A stretch of 64,000 bases of DNA, from contig CANLVO010000002.1 in NCBI GenBank assembly GCA_947494645.1, positions 302,359 to 366,358 on the forward strand, written 5' to 3'. Positions 21,027 through 32,518 of this stretch are shown piece by piece. Every line of letters starts with the position of its first letter. The first letter of the stretch is position 1. The translations under genes and the position numbers were made by a program. This DNA is from an uncultured Litoreibacter sp. (GTDB lineage: Bacteria > Pseudomonadota > Alphaproteobacteria > Rhodobacterales > Rhodobacteraceae). The notes under the pieces are model-generated. The model was not told the origin of the DNA. It worked only from the letters and a program-made list of their open reading frames with translations, and did no database searches.

Positions 21027-21642
21027 GGATCATTTGCTTGATGGCGGCGACATGCGAGGGGTCGGCGGTGAGGCAATCTGAGGCGAGGGTTTCAACCGTT
21101 TCGGACAAGGCATCCGGCGCGACGGCGCGGTCGAAGAGGCCGCAATCGAGCGCCTCTTGCGTTGTGAATTTCGCGCCGGCCATAAGGATCAGCTTGGCTT
21201 TCGCAGGACCGACAAGCGCGGTGAGGCGGATGGGGTCGCTGGGTTGAGGCAGGAAGCCCAGCTTCATCACAGGGTAGAAAACCTTGGCGCCGTCAACAGC
21301 GACGCGCAGGTCGCAGGCCAAGACCATGCCGCAAGCGCCGCCCGCGACCGTACCGTTCAAAGCGGCGATGGTGAGGCCCGGGAAATTGGCGATTGCGGAA
21401 GAAAGCCGTTCCCATAGTGGGCTGGTGGCAAGACCTGCGCGGGCAGCGTCAAGATCGGCCCCGGCGCTGAACACTTTGCCCTGCCCGGTCAGCACCAACA
21501 CCTTGGCGGCGCAGGTCTCGACGGCCTCCGCCAGTTGTTCCAGCATCTCGGCGGTCAGCGCGTTGGCCTTGTCGGGGCGGTTTATGGTCACCCAGCAGAT
21601 GCCGTCGGTTTGGCTTGTCTCAATCATGATCTGTCTTCCCAT
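21019..21642 (-). CDS. enoyl-CoA hydratase/isomerase (crotonase) family protein
   Basis: 207 aa ORF with the crotonase oxyanion motifs NRPDKANAL and VFSAGADL...GGACGM. Confidence 0.8.
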   Translation of the reverse strand: MGRQIMIETSQTDGICWVTINRPDKANALTAEMLEQLAEAVETCAAKVLVLTGQGKVFSAGADLDAARAGLATSPLWERLSSAIANFPGLTIAALNGTVAGGACGMVLACDLRVAVDGAKVFYPVMKLGFLPQPSDPIRLTALVGPAKAKLILMAGAKFTTQEALDCGLFDRAVAPDALSETVETLASDCLTADPSHVAAIKQMIHA

Positions 21643-21737
21643 GTCAGCGCCCGGGCAGGGCTACACCAAAAGATGCGTGCTTGCACCACCCTGCGCACCG
21701 CACTACCTCTGGCGGGTCACAATGAAAGGCCCGGCCC

Positions 21738-23084
21738 ATGACCCATTCTTTGTCCGATCTGGCGCAGTCCCTGCTTGCGGCGGCCAAACGTGCAGGCGCG
21801 GACGGGGCGGACGTAGTGGCGGTGGACGGACGGTCGGTGTCGATCGACGTTCTGGACGGCAAGCTGGAACACGCGGAACGCTCCGAAGGCACGGAAGTCG
21901 GGCTGCGTGTGCTCGTAGGACAGCGGCAATCCTGCGTGTCGTCTTCGCTGATTGACGCGGGCACAATCGAGACCATGGCTGAACGCGCGGTGTTCATGGC
22001 GCGGGAAGCGCCGGAAGACCCTTTTATCGGATTGGCTTCAGCGGATCAGTTTTCTGATGTGCGTGATGCGGCGGCCCTTGATCTGGCCGATCCGGCGCCC
22101 GAGCCAGAGGCCAGCACGCTGGAGGAAGACGCCCGGCGGGCGGAGGCTGCGGCTTTGGCTGTAAAAGGTGTGTCGCAAGTGCAATCGGCCAGCGCGGGCT
22201 ATGGCAGCAAGCACATCCATCTGGCGACGTCTGAAGGGTTCAGCGGTGGTTATGCGCGGACCAGTCGGTCGAATTCCTGCGTGGCCATTACAGGTGAAGG
22301 CACCGGGATGGAGCGGGACTATTTTGGCGAAAGCAGGGTCTATCAAGGGGATTTGACGTCTCCGGAAGAGATCGGGCGTATTGCGGGGGAGCGCACTGTG
22401 GAACGCCTTGGCGCGCGCAAACCCAAGACTGGGGCCTATCCGGTGATCTTTGACGAGCGGGTGGCGTCTGGCCTGATCGGGCATTTGCTGACGGCCACCA
22501 ATGGCGCGATGATTGCGCGCGGGTCGAGCTGGTTGAAAGACGCGATGGGGGAGCAGGTTTTGCCGAAAGGGCTGGACCTGATCGAAGACCCGCACCGGGT
22601 GCGCATCTCGGGATCGAAGCCGTTTGACGGCGAGGGGCTGGCCACCGCGCCGCGCCATATCGTGAAGGACGGCGTGCTGCAAAGCTGGACGCTTGATCTG
22701 GCGAATGCGCGCAAGCTCGGCATGAGCAGCACCGCGAATGCCGCAAGGGGGACGTCGAGCCCGCCTTCGCCGTCGCTTGGGAATGTCGCGCTGACGCAAG
22801 GGGCGCAGAGTTTGGAAGAGATGCTTGCGGATATGGGCACGGGGCTTTTGGTGACCTCAATGATTGGCTCGACGATCAATCCCAACACCGGGGAGTATTC
22901 GCGCGGGGCGTCAGGGTTCTGGGTCGAAGGCGGGCAGCTGGCCTACCCGGTGAATGAATGCACGCTGGCGGGTAATCTGCGCGATATGCTGCTGAGTATC
23001 CGGCCAGCCAATGACGCGCGAGACTACCTGAACCGTGTGGTGCCGAGCCTCGCCGTTGAAGGGCTGATCCTTGCCGGAGAATGA
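21738..23084 (+). CDS. pmbA: TldD/PmbA-family metalloprotease
   Basis: 448 aa ORF. C-terminal motifs (GNVALTQG, GEYSRGASGFWVEGG) fit PmbA. Confidence 0.8.
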   Translation: MTHSLSDLAQSLLAAAKRAGADGADVVAVDGRSVSIDVLDGKLEHAERSEGTEVGLRVLVGQRQSCVSSSLIDAGTIETMAERAVFMAREAPEDPFIGLASADQFSDVRDAAALDLADPAPEPEASTLEEDARRAEAAALAVKGVSQVQSASAGYGSKHIHLATSEGFSGGYARTSRSNSCVAITGEGTGMERDYFGESRVYQGDLTSPEEIGRIAGERTVERLGARKPKTGAYPVIFDERVASGLIGHLLTATNGAMIARGSSWLKDAMGEQVLPKGLDLIEDPHRVRISGSKPFDGEGLATAPRHIVKDGVLQSWTLDLANARKLGMSSTANAARGTSSPPSPSLGNVALTQGAQSLEEMLADMGTGLLVTSMIGSTINPNTGEYSRGASGFWVEGGQLAYPVNECTLAGNLRDMLLSIRPANDARDYLNRVVPSLAVEGLILAGE

Positions 23085-23856
23085 TGGCGACCTCAGCCTG
23101 TTGCGCGACGCCGCGAAAGCCAGCGCGGAGATTGCCCTGCGGTATTTTCGCGAGGACCCGGAAACCTGGGACAAGGGCGGCAGCCAAGGCCCGGTGACAG
23201 AGGCCGATCTGGCGATTGACACGATGCTGAAGGCGGAGCTGCGGGCGGCGCGGCCGGATTACGGCTGGCTGTCGGAGGAGACCGAAGATAGCGGCGACAG
23301 GTTGCACCGGGAGCGCGTTTTCATTGTCGATCCGATTGACGGGACGCGAGCGTTTATCGCAGGGGAGAAGACCTGGTCGCATTCGCTAGCGATTGCCGAA
23401 GACGGTGTGATCACAAAAGCGGTGGTCTTTGCGCCGGTGATAAACAGGCTCTATTCCGCAGAAATTGGTGCCTCATCGATGTTGAACGGGGACGCGATTG
23501 CGGCGACCGCCCAGCCCGAGATGGACGGCGCGACGGTGCTGGCGGCGAAGTCCAATCTGGAAGATCGCTTTTGGCACGGGGCCGTCCCGCCCATTGCACG
23601 GCACTTCCGGCCATCGCTGGCCTACCGCATGTCGCTGGTCGCGCATGGCCGGTTTGACGCGATGCTGACCCTGCGGCCCTGCTGGGAATGGGACATCGCT
23701 GCGGGGACTTTGATCGTGCAGCAGGCGGGTGGATTGGCGACTGAAGTTTCGGGCGACCCGCTGCAGTTCAACAACCCGAACGCGCAGACCTCAGGGTGCC
23801 TGGCGGCGGGGCCAGAGCTACATGGCGCATTGCTGCCCCGGCTGAGGCCACTTTGA
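23071..23856 (+). CDS. inositol monophosphatase/CysQ-family phosphatase
   Basis: 261 aa ORF with the IMPase motifs WLSEE, VDPIDGT and WEWDIAAG. Confidence 0.8.
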   Translation: MPENDGDLSLLRDAAKASAEIALRYFREDPETWDKGGSQGPVTEADLAIDTMLKAELRAARPDYGWLSEETEDSGDRLHRERVFIVDPIDGTRAFIAGEKTWSHSLAIAEDGVITKAVVFAPVINRLYSAEIGASSMLNGDAIAATAQPEMDGATVLAAKSNLEDRFWHGAVPPIARHFRPSLAYRMSLVAHGRFDAMLTLRPCWEWDIAAGTLIVQQAGGLATEVSGDPLQFNNPNAQTSGCLAAGPELHGALLPRLRPL

Positions 23857-23935
23857 TCCTGAGATGACGAAATCTCCTCTGTTGCGCGCCCTGCGCTTCC
23901 CGTAAACTTGGGCAAAGGACAATGGGAGCTTCGAG

Positions 23936-24181
23936 ATGACACAACGCCTGCATCTGGTCTTTGGCGGCGAGCTGATTGACCCGACAAAGAACGCCTTCAA
24001 GGATGTCGACGACATTCATATCGTGGGCATGTTCCCGGATTATGACAGCGCTTATAACGCGTGGAAATCGGAAGCGCAGCGGACCGTGGACAACGCCCAT
24101 ATGCGCTATTTCATCGCGCATATTCACCGCCTGCGCGACGAGGAAGCAGCGGCGAGCCCGACCGAAGAGCTCGACAGCTAG
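23936..24181 (+). CDS. small conserved protein (DUF4170-like)
   Basis: 81 aa ORF with coding-like composition. The family call is from memory only. Confidence 0.55.
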   Translation: MTQRLHLVFGGELIDPTKNAFKDVDDIHIVGMFPDYDSAYNAWKSEAQRTVDNAHMRYFIAHIHRLRDEEAAASPTEELDS

Positions 24182-24196
24182 GGCTGGACCGGGGGC

Positions 24197-25489
24197 GTGG
24201 GGTTCTCTTTCGGGTTGCAGGCTTATCTGACGGTGTCGAACCGGCTGATGGGTTTCGCTGAGCGCAAGCTGCAGACGAGGCTTGAAGAGGGCAAGGAAGA
24301 CCCTGACCGGGTTGGTGAACGTCGTGGCTTGGCGTCGCAGGACCGGCCCAAGGGTGTGCTGGTCTGGTTTCACGCGGCATCGGTTGGGGAATCGCTGTCG
24401 CTACTGCTGCTGATAGACCAAATACTGGACGAGTTCCCGGACCTGAACATATTGGTGACCACTGGCACCCGCACCTCAGCGGAAGTGCTGGAGGCGCGTT
24501 TGCCTGCGCAGATCATCCACCAGTTTGTGCCGCTGGATGTGGGGCCGTATGTGCAGCGGTTTCTGGATCATTGGAAACCGGATGTCGCGATCTGGACAGA
24601 GAGCGAGCTGTGGCCGACCTTGATTACCCAAACGGCGGCGCGCGGCACCAAGATGATGCTGCTGAACGCGCGGATGTCGCGGACCTCGCATGACCGTTGG
24701 CGGTGGCTGCCCTCGGCGGCGAAGGCCGTTTTGGCGCGGTTTTCCTGTATCTTTGCGCAGGATGAGGCGACCGCGAAGTTCTTGCGCCGGCTTGGGGCCA
24801 AGCGGGACACGTTGCATGTCATCGGGTCGCTCAAGGAGAGCAGCGGCGCGTTGCCACATGATGAGAGCGAACGGCTGCATTTTGTAGAGTTGTTGAAGAC
24901 GCGGCCTGTTTGGCTGGCGGCTTCGACCCATCCGGGCGAGGAAGAGATTGCCGCAGACGCGCATTTAACCGCGTTGAAATCAGCGCATCGGTTGCTCTTG
25001 ATCCTCGCGCCGCGCCACCCGGACCGGGCACCGGAGATCGCCGAGATGCTGCGCAAACGTGGCCTCAGCGTTGCTGTCCGCTCGGAAGGGCGCGAACCTG
25101 ACCCTTCCACGCAGGTCTATCTGGTCGACACCCTGGGCGAGATGGGGCTGTGGTACCGGTTGGCACCGGCCACGTTTTTGGGCGGCTCGTTGGTCAATAT
25201 CGGGGGGCATAACCCTTATGAGCCCGCCGCCCTTGGTTCGGCAATTATTCATGGGCCGCATGTGGCCAATGCGCCGGATATCTATTCCCGGCTCGACGAG
25301 GCGGATGCCGCAGTGCAGGTGCGCAACGCCAAGGAACTGGGCCGCGCGGTGATTGAGACGCTGGAGCCGCATAAGGCGGCTGCGCTGGCGCATGCCGCGT
25401 GGGAGGTGACGTCGAGCGGCGCAGGCGCGACGGAGCGGGCCTTGGCCGAGATCACAGAGATGATCGACGCGCTTGAGGTGACGGCGTGA
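24197..25489 (+). CDS. waaA: 3-deoxy-D-manno-octulosonic acid (Kdo) transferase
   Basis: 430 aa ORF. WFHAASVGES and GGSLVNIGGHNPYEPA motifs are typical of WaaA/KdtA. Its end overlaps the lpxK start by 4 nt. Confidence 0.85.
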   Translation: MGFSFGLQAYLTVSNRLMGFAERKLQTRLEEGKEDPDRVGERRGLASQDRPKGVLVWFHAASVGESLSLLLLIDQILDEFPDLNILVTTGTRTSAEVLEARLPAQIIHQFVPLDVGPYVQRFLDHWKPDVAIWTESELWPTLITQTAARGTKMMLLNARMSRTSHDRWRWLPSAAKAVLARFSCIFAQDEATAKFLRRLGAKRDTLHVIGSLKESSGALPHDESERLHFVELLKTRPVWLAASTHPGEEEIAADAHLTALKSAHRLLLILAPRHPDRAPEIAEMLRKRGLSVAVRSEGREPDPSTQVYLVDTLGEMGLWYRLAPATFLGGSLVNIGGHNPYEPAALGSAIIHGPHVANAPDIYSRLDEADAAVQVRNAKELGRAVIETLEPHKAAALAHAAWEVTSSGAGATERALAEITEMIDALEVTA

Positions 25490-26469
25490 AGGCACCGAGG
25501 TTCTGGAACCGCCCTGCCGGATTTGCCGCCGCTTTGCTTTCTCCACTCGCCGCGATTTACGCCAAGGGGACCGCGCGACGCATCGCCAATGCCGTGCCCG
25601 AAAAGCTGGGCGTGCCCGTGATCTGCGTGGGCAATATCAATGTGGGCGGCACTGGCAAAACGCCCACGGTGGTGGCGTTGGTCGAGCGCCTGACCGCGCA
25701 GGGGCTGAAGCCGCATGTCGTGAGCCGAGGACATGGTGGATCGCTGGCCGGACCGGTGCGGGTCGACGAGCGCAATCACGGCGCGGACGAGGTTGGCGAT
25801 GAGCCGCTGCTGCTGTCAGCTTTTGCGCCGGTTTGGGTGTCGAAGGACCGTGCCGCTGGCGCACGGGCGGCGGAGGCAGAAGGCGCGGAGGTCATCGTGC
25901 TTGACGACGGGCACCAGAACCCGAGCGTGCACAAGAATATCTCGATCGTGGTGGTGGATGCGGTGCGCGGCTTTGGTAATAAACGGGTTCTGCCCGCAGG
26001 CCCGTTGCGCGAGCCGCTGGATGTCGGGTTGGCGCGGGCCGATCTGCTGCTGAGTATCGGCACCCCTAAGGCACAGGCGCGGTTTGGCGGATTGAACGAC
26101 CTGCCGGAGGGATTGCCGCATCTGGAGGGGCAACTGTCCCCGTTGCAGATGGGCATGGATTGGCAGGGGCTGCGCGTCTTGGCCTTTGCGGGCATCGGCA
26201 TGCCCGAGAAATTCTTCGCCACGCTCAAATCGCAAGGTGCGGAGATCGTGAAATCCGAGGCATTGGACGACCACCAGCCGCTGTCGGACAGTCTGATGGC
26301 GCGGCTGTCGGCGGAGGCGCAAAAGCTGGGCGCACAGCTGGTCACAACAGAAAAGGACGCGGTGCGTTTGCCCGCGTCCTACCGCACCGAAGTGCTTGTT
26401 TTGCCAGTTCGGCTGAACATCGAGGATTGGAGCGGTTTCGACGCGCTCCTCTCCCGGATCAGACCCTAA
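25486..26469 (+). CDS. lpxK: tetraacyldisaccharide 4'-kinase
   Basis: 327 aa ORF with the P-loop VGNINVGGTGKTP and SRGHGG motif of LpxK. Confidence 0.85.
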   Translation: MKAPRFWNRPAGFAAALLSPLAAIYAKGTARRIANAVPEKLGVPVICVGNINVGGTGKTPTVVALVERLTAQGLKPHVVSRGHGGSLAGPVRVDERNHGADEVGDEPLLLSAFAPVWVSKDRAAGARAAEAEGAEVIVLDDGHQNPSVHKNISIVVVDAVRGFGNKRVLPAGPLREPLDVGLARADLLLSIGTPKAQARFGGLNDLPEGLPHLEGQLSPLQMGMDWQGLRVLAFAGIGMPEKFFATLKSQGAEIVKSEALDDHQPLSDSLMARLSAEAQKLGAQLVTTEKDAVRLPASYRTEVLVLPVRLNIEDWSGFDALLSRIRP

Positions 26470-26470
26470 C

Positions 26471-27133
26471 TTAGAGCTTTGCGTCCAGCAGAGCCTTCAG
26501 CTCTGCGTAAGACATGTTGGATTCGAGCTTGCCGTCGATCACGAAGCTTGGCGTCGCGCGAACGCCGTCACGCTCTGCATTCTCCTGAAACACTGCCGTT
26601 AAAGCGCGCGCCTTGTCACCATCTTGCAAGCAAGCGTCGAGCTGCTCGTCCGTCATGCCCGCCAGCTTGCCCATCCGCTTGAGATTGCCCGCAATCTGCG
26701 CAGGTGCACCTTGGGTCCATTCACGCTGGTTCTCATAAATCAGGTCGACCATGCCGAAAAAGCGGTCCTCGCCGCCGCAACGTGCGGTCATCCCGGCCCA
26801 GAGGCCCGGCCCGTCAAAGTAGACCTCGCGGTAGACGAATTTCACCTTTCCGGTGTCGATATAGTCGGCCTTCAACTGTGGAAAGACGTCTTTGTGGAAC
26901 CGCTGGCAGTGCGGGCAGGTGTAGGACGCGTATTCGATCAGGGTGATCGGCGCGTTCTCGTCGCCCAGCGTCATTTCCTGCACGATAGAGGTGTCAACAT
27001 CACCGGCGGTCTGCGCCTGGGCCGGACCGGAAATGCCGGGCAGCTCAGTGGAAGAGGGCCGGTCCATCATGAAGAAGCCGCCGATTGCGACGGCCACCAC
27101 GGCCAGACCAGCGAGCAGTAGGTTACGGTTCAT
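26471..27133 (-). CDS. DsbA-family thiol:disulfide oxidoreductase
   Basis: The ATG at 27133 (MNRNLLLAGLAVVAV..) has an AAGGA RBS. There is a signal anchor and a CPHC active site (YTCPHCQRF). Confidence 0.8.
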   Translation of the reverse strand: MNRNLLLAGLAVVAVAIGGFFMMDRPSSTELPGISGPAQAQTAGDVDTSIVQEMTLGDENAPITLIEYASYTCPHCQRFHKDVFPQLKADYIDTGKVKFVYREVYFDGPGLWAGMTARCGGEDRFFGMVDLIYENQREWTQGAPAQIAGNLKRMGKLAGMTDEQLDACLQDGDKARALTAVFQENAERDGVRATPSFVIDGKLESNMSYAELKALLDAKL

Positions 27134-27134
27134 A

Positions 27135-27695
27135 TCAGTTCCTTTCAGGCGCATCCTTGCGCGATAAAACATTTTGGGCGAGCAGGTCCAGCGCCTTGCG
27201 CAGCCCCTCGTCGGCGACCCCGTCCGCCAGATCGGCAGAGGCCTTTTTCACATCCGCCGTCACAGGCGGCTTTTCTTTCTTCGCAGGGCCGTCAAAGGGC
27301 GTGCGCCCCTCGTGGAACCCTGTCGGCGCCGTCTGGGTGATCGCCACCCGGCTGACGGCGGCATATCCGTAGCACCCGTTCACCCGCTCCCTGATCTGGG
27401 GGAGCTGCATTTGCACCATCGGTGCGTTGGCCCCGGTGACCAGAATTGTCAGCGTTGCCCCGAACCCGTCGCGGGCGTAGCCCATCTTCACCGGCGTCGC
27501 GAGCTTGGCCATATCAGGGCCGACGATCTCCTCCCAGTGGGTCAAAAGTCGCATCACCGCGAAGCCGCGTTTTTCGCCGGCGCCTTTGACCCGGTTCTGG
27601 ATCAGCCCCGACATTGCGGTGAACCCGTAGCCACGCTTTCGGGCCGCAGACCTTGGCGCTGCGCCTCGCTTGGCATATGTCGGTTTCTGGGCCAT
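27135..27695 (-). CDS. DUF721/DciA-like protein
   Basis: Internal ATG at 27695 (MAQKPTYAKRG...) of ORF 27135-27929. The basic N-terminus and WEEIVGPDMA motif resemble DciA-type proteins; the family call is from memory. Confidence 0.6.
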   Translation of the reverse strand: MAQKPTYAKRGAAPRSAARKRGYGFTAMSGLIQNRVKGAGEKRGFAVMRLLTHWEEIVGPDMAKLATPVKMGYARDGFGATLTILVTGANAPMVQMQLPQIRERVNGCYGYAAVSRVAITQTAPTGFHEGRTPFDGPAKKEKPPVTADVKKASADLADGVADEGLRKALDLLAQNVLSRKDAPERN

Positions 27696-27779
27696 GTCGC
27701 CTTTCGCTAAAGCTTGTGCGGATATTACGTGAAAGCTGCGTTGCGCACAGCATAAACCAAGCCGCAGGAGACATAAACT

Positions 27780-28832
27780 TTGCGTGAGACCCCGGACCCT
27801 CAGAGCTTGCTTGACTGGTATGACGCCCATGCCCGCGCGATGCCGTGGCGGGTGCCGCCCGCCGACAAGCAGGCAGGCGTCCGGCCCGACCCTTACCGCG
27901 TCTGGCTGTCTGAGATCATGCTGCAACAAACCACCGTGGCGGCGGTGAAGGACTATTTCATCAAGTTCACCACGCTTTGGCCCGATGTCAGAGCCCTAGC
28001 TGCCGCCGAGGACGCCGACGTCATGGCCGCCTGGGCCGGGCTTGGCTATTACGCCCGCGCCCGCAACCTGCTGAAATGCGCCCGCGCGGTGATGGCGGAT
28101 CACGGCGGGCAGTTTCCTGATACGGTCGAGGCGTTGCAAACCCTTCCGGGCATCGGGCCCTATACTTCGGCGGCCATTGCCTCCATCGCCTTTGACCGGC
28201 AGGCAACGGTGGTGGACGGCAATGTGGAACGCGTTATGTCGCGGCTCTACGCGGTGGACACGCCCCTGCCGACCGCGAAACCTGAGCTGACCGCATTGGC
28301 CACCGTGCTGACACCGGACGCGCGGCAAGGCGACTACAACCAGGCGGTGATGGATCTGGGGGCCACGATCTGCACGCCCAAATCGCCCGCCTGCGGCATT
28401 TGCCCGTGGATGGCAGGCTGCATGGCGCGGTCCCAAGGCATCGCCGCCACTTTGCCGCGCAAGCTGCCCAAGAAGCAGAAACCCACCCGGCTGGGGATCG
28501 CCTATGTCGCGCGGCGGGCCGACGGCGCGTGGCTTCTGGAGACCCGGCCCGAAAAGGGGCTGTTGGGGGGCATGCTTGGCTGGCCCGGCTCGGATTGGTC
28601 AGAGGCCCCTGCCCCTGCCCAACCAATGGAGGCCAAGTGGCAAGAGACAGGCGTCGAGGTGCGGCACACATTCACGCATTTCCACCTCAAGCTGCAGGTT
28701 CTGACGGCGGTGACTGATAGCGAGCCGAATCGTGGCCAGTTCATCGCCCATAGCCAGTTTCGCCCCGCCGACCTGCCCACGGTGATGCGCAAGGTCTATG
28801 ACGTGGCGTCGCCCGCGCTGGACCTTGATTGA
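27780..28832 (+). CDS. mutY: A/G-specific adenine DNA glycosylase
   Basis: 350 aa ORF with a helix-hairpin-helix region (LPGIGPYTSAAIASIAF) and a 4Fe-4S Cys cluster (CTPKSPACGICPWMAGC). Confidence 0.85.
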   Translation: MRETPDPQSLLDWYDAHARAMPWRVPPADKQAGVRPDPYRVWLSEIMLQQTTVAAVKDYFIKFTTLWPDVRALAAAEDADVMAAWAGLGYYARARNLLKCARAVMADHGGQFPDTVEALQTLPGIGPYTSAAIASIAFDRQATVVDGNVERVMSRLYAVDTPLPTAKPELTALATVLTPDARQGDYNQAVMDLGATICTPKSPACGICPWMAGCMARSQGIAATLPRKLPKKQKPTRLGIAYVARRADGAWLLETRPEKGLLGGMLGWPGSDWSEAPAPAQPMEAKWQETGVEVRHTFTHFHLKLQVLTAVTDSEPNRGQFIAHSQFRPADLPTVMRKVYDVASPALDLD

Positions 28833-28880
28833 GCGGGTCGCGGCGTTAGGCTGCGGCAAAGGTCTTTTTCGCAGGTTGTC

Positions 28881-30020
28881 ATGGCTACGCTCACCCGATC
28901 TCAGGTCACGTCTCTTAGCGCTGCTGCGCCGTTCTGGCTTTCACTGGCTCTGATCCCGCTGGTGGTCCTTGCAGCCACGCAAGGCGGATGGACCATCGCG
29001 CTGATTCCGCTCTTCGGCTGGGGGATGTTTTCCGTGCTTGATGCGTTTGTGGGCTCGAACACCGACAACGCGGACCCGGAAACAGAAGAGGGCGACCTGT
29101 TTTGGTACACGGCGATCACGCTGATCTGGTTCCCTGTGCAGTTCGTGACCATTTTCGGCACCATGGCCTACGCGTTGAATGCGCCGCATTTGTCGACGTC
29201 AGAGGTGATCTGGCTGTTCTTCGGCATCGGCGTGGTCACAGGTTCGGTGGGGATCAATTATTCCCACGAGCTGATGCATCAGAAAAACCGTTTGGAACGC
29301 TGGCTGGCCGACCTGCTTCTGGCCTCGGTGCTCTACAGCCACTTCCGGTCTGAGCATCTGCTGAACCACCACCGCTACGTGGCCACCCCCAAAGACCCGG
29401 TGACGGCGCGCTACAATGAGGGGTTCCACCGCTACTTCCCCCGCGTCCTGCATCAATGCGTGGCATCAGCCTGGGGGGCTGAGAAAGCGCTGCTGGCCCG
29501 CAAGAACCTGCCCGTCACTGACAGCCGCAACCCGTTCTGGCGCTACGCCGGGCTACAAGCCGGTTTCCTGTTCCTTGCTGCACTTATCGGCGGCTGGGCC
29601 GGGGTTGGATTGTTCATCTTTCAGGCCTTTGTGGCGATCTGGCAGCTGGAGCTGGTCAACTATATCGAGCACTACGGCCTGACCCGAAAGCATCTGGGCG
29701 GCGGCAAATATGAGCATGTGCAGCCGCGCCATTCATGGAATGCGGCGCAGCGGGCATCCAATTGGTTCCTGATCAATCTGCAGCGCCATTCGGACCATCA
29801 CTACAAACCCGACCGCCGCTTTCCTCTGCTGCAAAACTACACAGAGCAGGACGCGCCGCAATTGCCGCATGGCTATCCGGTGATGACGATCGTGGCGATG
29901 ATCCCGCCCCTGTTTCGCCGCATCATGAACCCGCGGGTGCGCAAATGGCGGGCGATGTATTACCCGGAGATCACCGACTGGGCGCCTTACAAAGCCGCCT
30001 CAAACCCGATGCCGCGCTAA
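28881..30020 (+). CDS. alkB: AlkB-type integral-membrane alkane 1-monooxygenase / fatty-acid desaturase family
   Basis: 379 aa ORF with the histidine boxes HELMH, EHLLNHH and LQRHSDHH plus NYIEHYGL. Confidence 0.75.
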   Translation: MATLTRSQVTSLSAAAPFWLSLALIPLVVLAATQGGWTIALIPLFGWGMFSVLDAFVGSNTDNADPETEEGDLFWYTAITLIWFPVQFVTIFGTMAYALNAPHLSTSEVIWLFFGIGVVTGSVGINYSHELMHQKNRLERWLADLLLASVLYSHFRSEHLLNHHRYVATPKDPVTARYNEGFHRYFPRVLHQCVASAWGAEKALLARKNLPVTDSRNPFWRYAGLQAGFLFLAALIGGWAGVGLFIFQAFVAIWQLELVNYIEHYGLTRKHLGGGKYEHVQPRHSWNAAQRASNWFLINLQRHSDHHYKPDRRFPLLQNYTEQDAPQLPHGYPVMTIVAMIPPLFRRIMNPRVRKWRAMYYPEITDWAPYKAASNPMPR

Positions 30021-30122
30021 CTTCTTCTTATGTTCAGAAATATCCTGAGGGGTTTGCCCGTGCGGCTGGGGAGCAAAGCTCCCCAAAGAGCACACTAAAA
30101 CAAGCGTGCGGCACGCACTCGA

Positions 30123-31151
30123 TTAAGGATCGTCTCCGACCCGCACCAATTGCTTGCCAAAATTGCCGCCCTTCAGTAGCGCCATGAAGGCCTCGGGCGC
30201 GTTTTCCAGACCGTCTGTGACGCTTTCTTTCACCTTGATCGTGCCGCCCCCCACCAATGGGCCGACCTCGCGTTGAAACGCGCCCATCAGGTGGAAATGA
30301 TCAAAGATGATGAACCCCTGTACCCGCAGACGGCGGGTCAGGATGTTGCGCCAGACCGCGGGCAAGGGCTGTGCCTCGGCGATGCCTTGGCCAGAATACC
30401 ACGCGATCGCGCCACACACAGCGATCCGGCCGCCAGTGTTCATGCGGGTCAGGACGGCCTCCAGCGTCTTGCCTCCGACATTCTCAAAGTAGCAATCCAC
30501 GCCGTCCGGTGCCGCGTCTTTCAGGGCGGCGGCGAGCCCTTTGGCGTCATGGGCGCGGTGATCAAGGCAGATGTCGCAGCCCAGTTCTTCCTGCGCGAAG
30601 GCGCATTTCTCAGGTCCGCCCGCCACACCAATGACGCGCATGCCCTTGGCGCGGGCCAGCTGGCAGACCATGCCGCCGACAGCGCCCGTGGCGGCAGAGA
30701 CGACGATGGTTTCGCCGGATTTGGCTTGCAGGATCTCGTTCAAACCAACCCATGCGGTGATCCCCGGCATGCCCAACACCCCAAGGGCTGTCGAGATCGG
30801 CGCAACTTTCGGATCCACTTTTCGCACACCCTCGCCGTCCGAGAGCGCGTGAGACGTCCAGCCGAACTGCCCTGTAACAATGTCGCCAACGGAGAAATCC
30901 GGATGTTCCGAGGCCATCACTTCGCCAACCGCGCCGCCTTCCATAATGCCGCCAATGGCCACAGGCTCGGCGTAGGATTTCGCATCATCCATGCGCCCGC
31001 GCATGTAAGGGTCAAGCGACAGCCAAATCATGCGGACCAGAAACTGGCCCCCGCCGGGAGCGGGCAGATCGGTCTCGGTCAGGGCGAAATTCTCAGCCGT
31101 GGGCTGCCCTTTGGGGCGCGAGGCAAGGGTGATGGATCGGGTTCTGGTCAT
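30123..31151 (-). CDS. NADP-dependent medium-chain oxidoreductase (YncB/leukotriene-B4 dehydrogenase-like)
   Basis: 342 aa ORF with the cofactor motif VVSAATGAVGGMVCQLAK and a C-terminal GKQLVRV motif. Confidence 0.85.
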   Translation of the reverse strand: MTRTRSITLASRPKGQPTAENFALTETDLPAPGGGQFLVRMIWLSLDPYMRGRMDDAKSYAEPVAIGGIMEGGAVGEVMASEHPDFSVGDIVTGQFGWTSHALSDGEGVRKVDPKVAPISTALGVLGMPGITAWVGLNEILQAKSGETIVVSAATGAVGGMVCQLARAKGMRVIGVAGGPEKCAFAQEELGCDICLDHRAHDAKGLAAALKDAAPDGVDCYFENVGGKTLEAVLTRMNTGGRIAVCGAIAWYSGQGIAEAQPLPAVWRNILTRRLRVQGFIIFDHFHLMGAFQREVGPLVGGGTIKVKESVTDGLENAPEAFMALLKGGNFGKQLVRVGDDP

Positions 31152-31204
31152 GTCACGAGGACTCCTTTTGGGCAGAGGTCCAAGCTTATCCCAGCCCGCC
31201 GCAT

Positions 31205-31243
31205 AAAAAAACGCCCTGTCGCTCTTGGGGAGACGACAGGGCG
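31205..31243 (-). terminator. intrinsic terminator downstream of ccrM
   Basis: 10-bp stem (cgccctgtcg, 31212-31221, pairs with cgacagggcg, 31234-31243). A 7-A run at 31205-31211 gives a U-tract on the minus strand. Confidence 0.75.
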
Positions 31244-31306
31244 GAGGTATGTGCCTGCGGTTATGGCCACAGGCACGGGCGGTAACTCGTATTTATTGGT
31301 GTTGGA

Positions 31307-32455
<1,149 letters not shown>

Positions 32456-32464
32456 CTACAGGAT

Positions 32465-32479
32465 GAGTCAAAGTGATTC
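32465..32479. promoter_or_regulatory. pair of GANTC (CcrM target) sites in the ccrM upstream region
   Basis: GAGTC at 32465-32469 and GATTC at 32475-32479. They are 10 bp apart and 55-70 bp upstream of the ccrM start. Confidence 0.5.
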
Positions 32480-32518
32480 GCCAGTCAAAAACTATAAATT
32501 TCAAATGCTTAGATAAAA

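Noticed and set aside
28881-30020. alkB as part of an alkane-degradation island.
   Set aside because: No rubredoxin, rubredoxin reductase, alcohol or aldehyde dehydrogenase, or AlkS-type regulator is adjacent. It appears to be a solitary chromosomal gene between mutY and an oxidoreductase.
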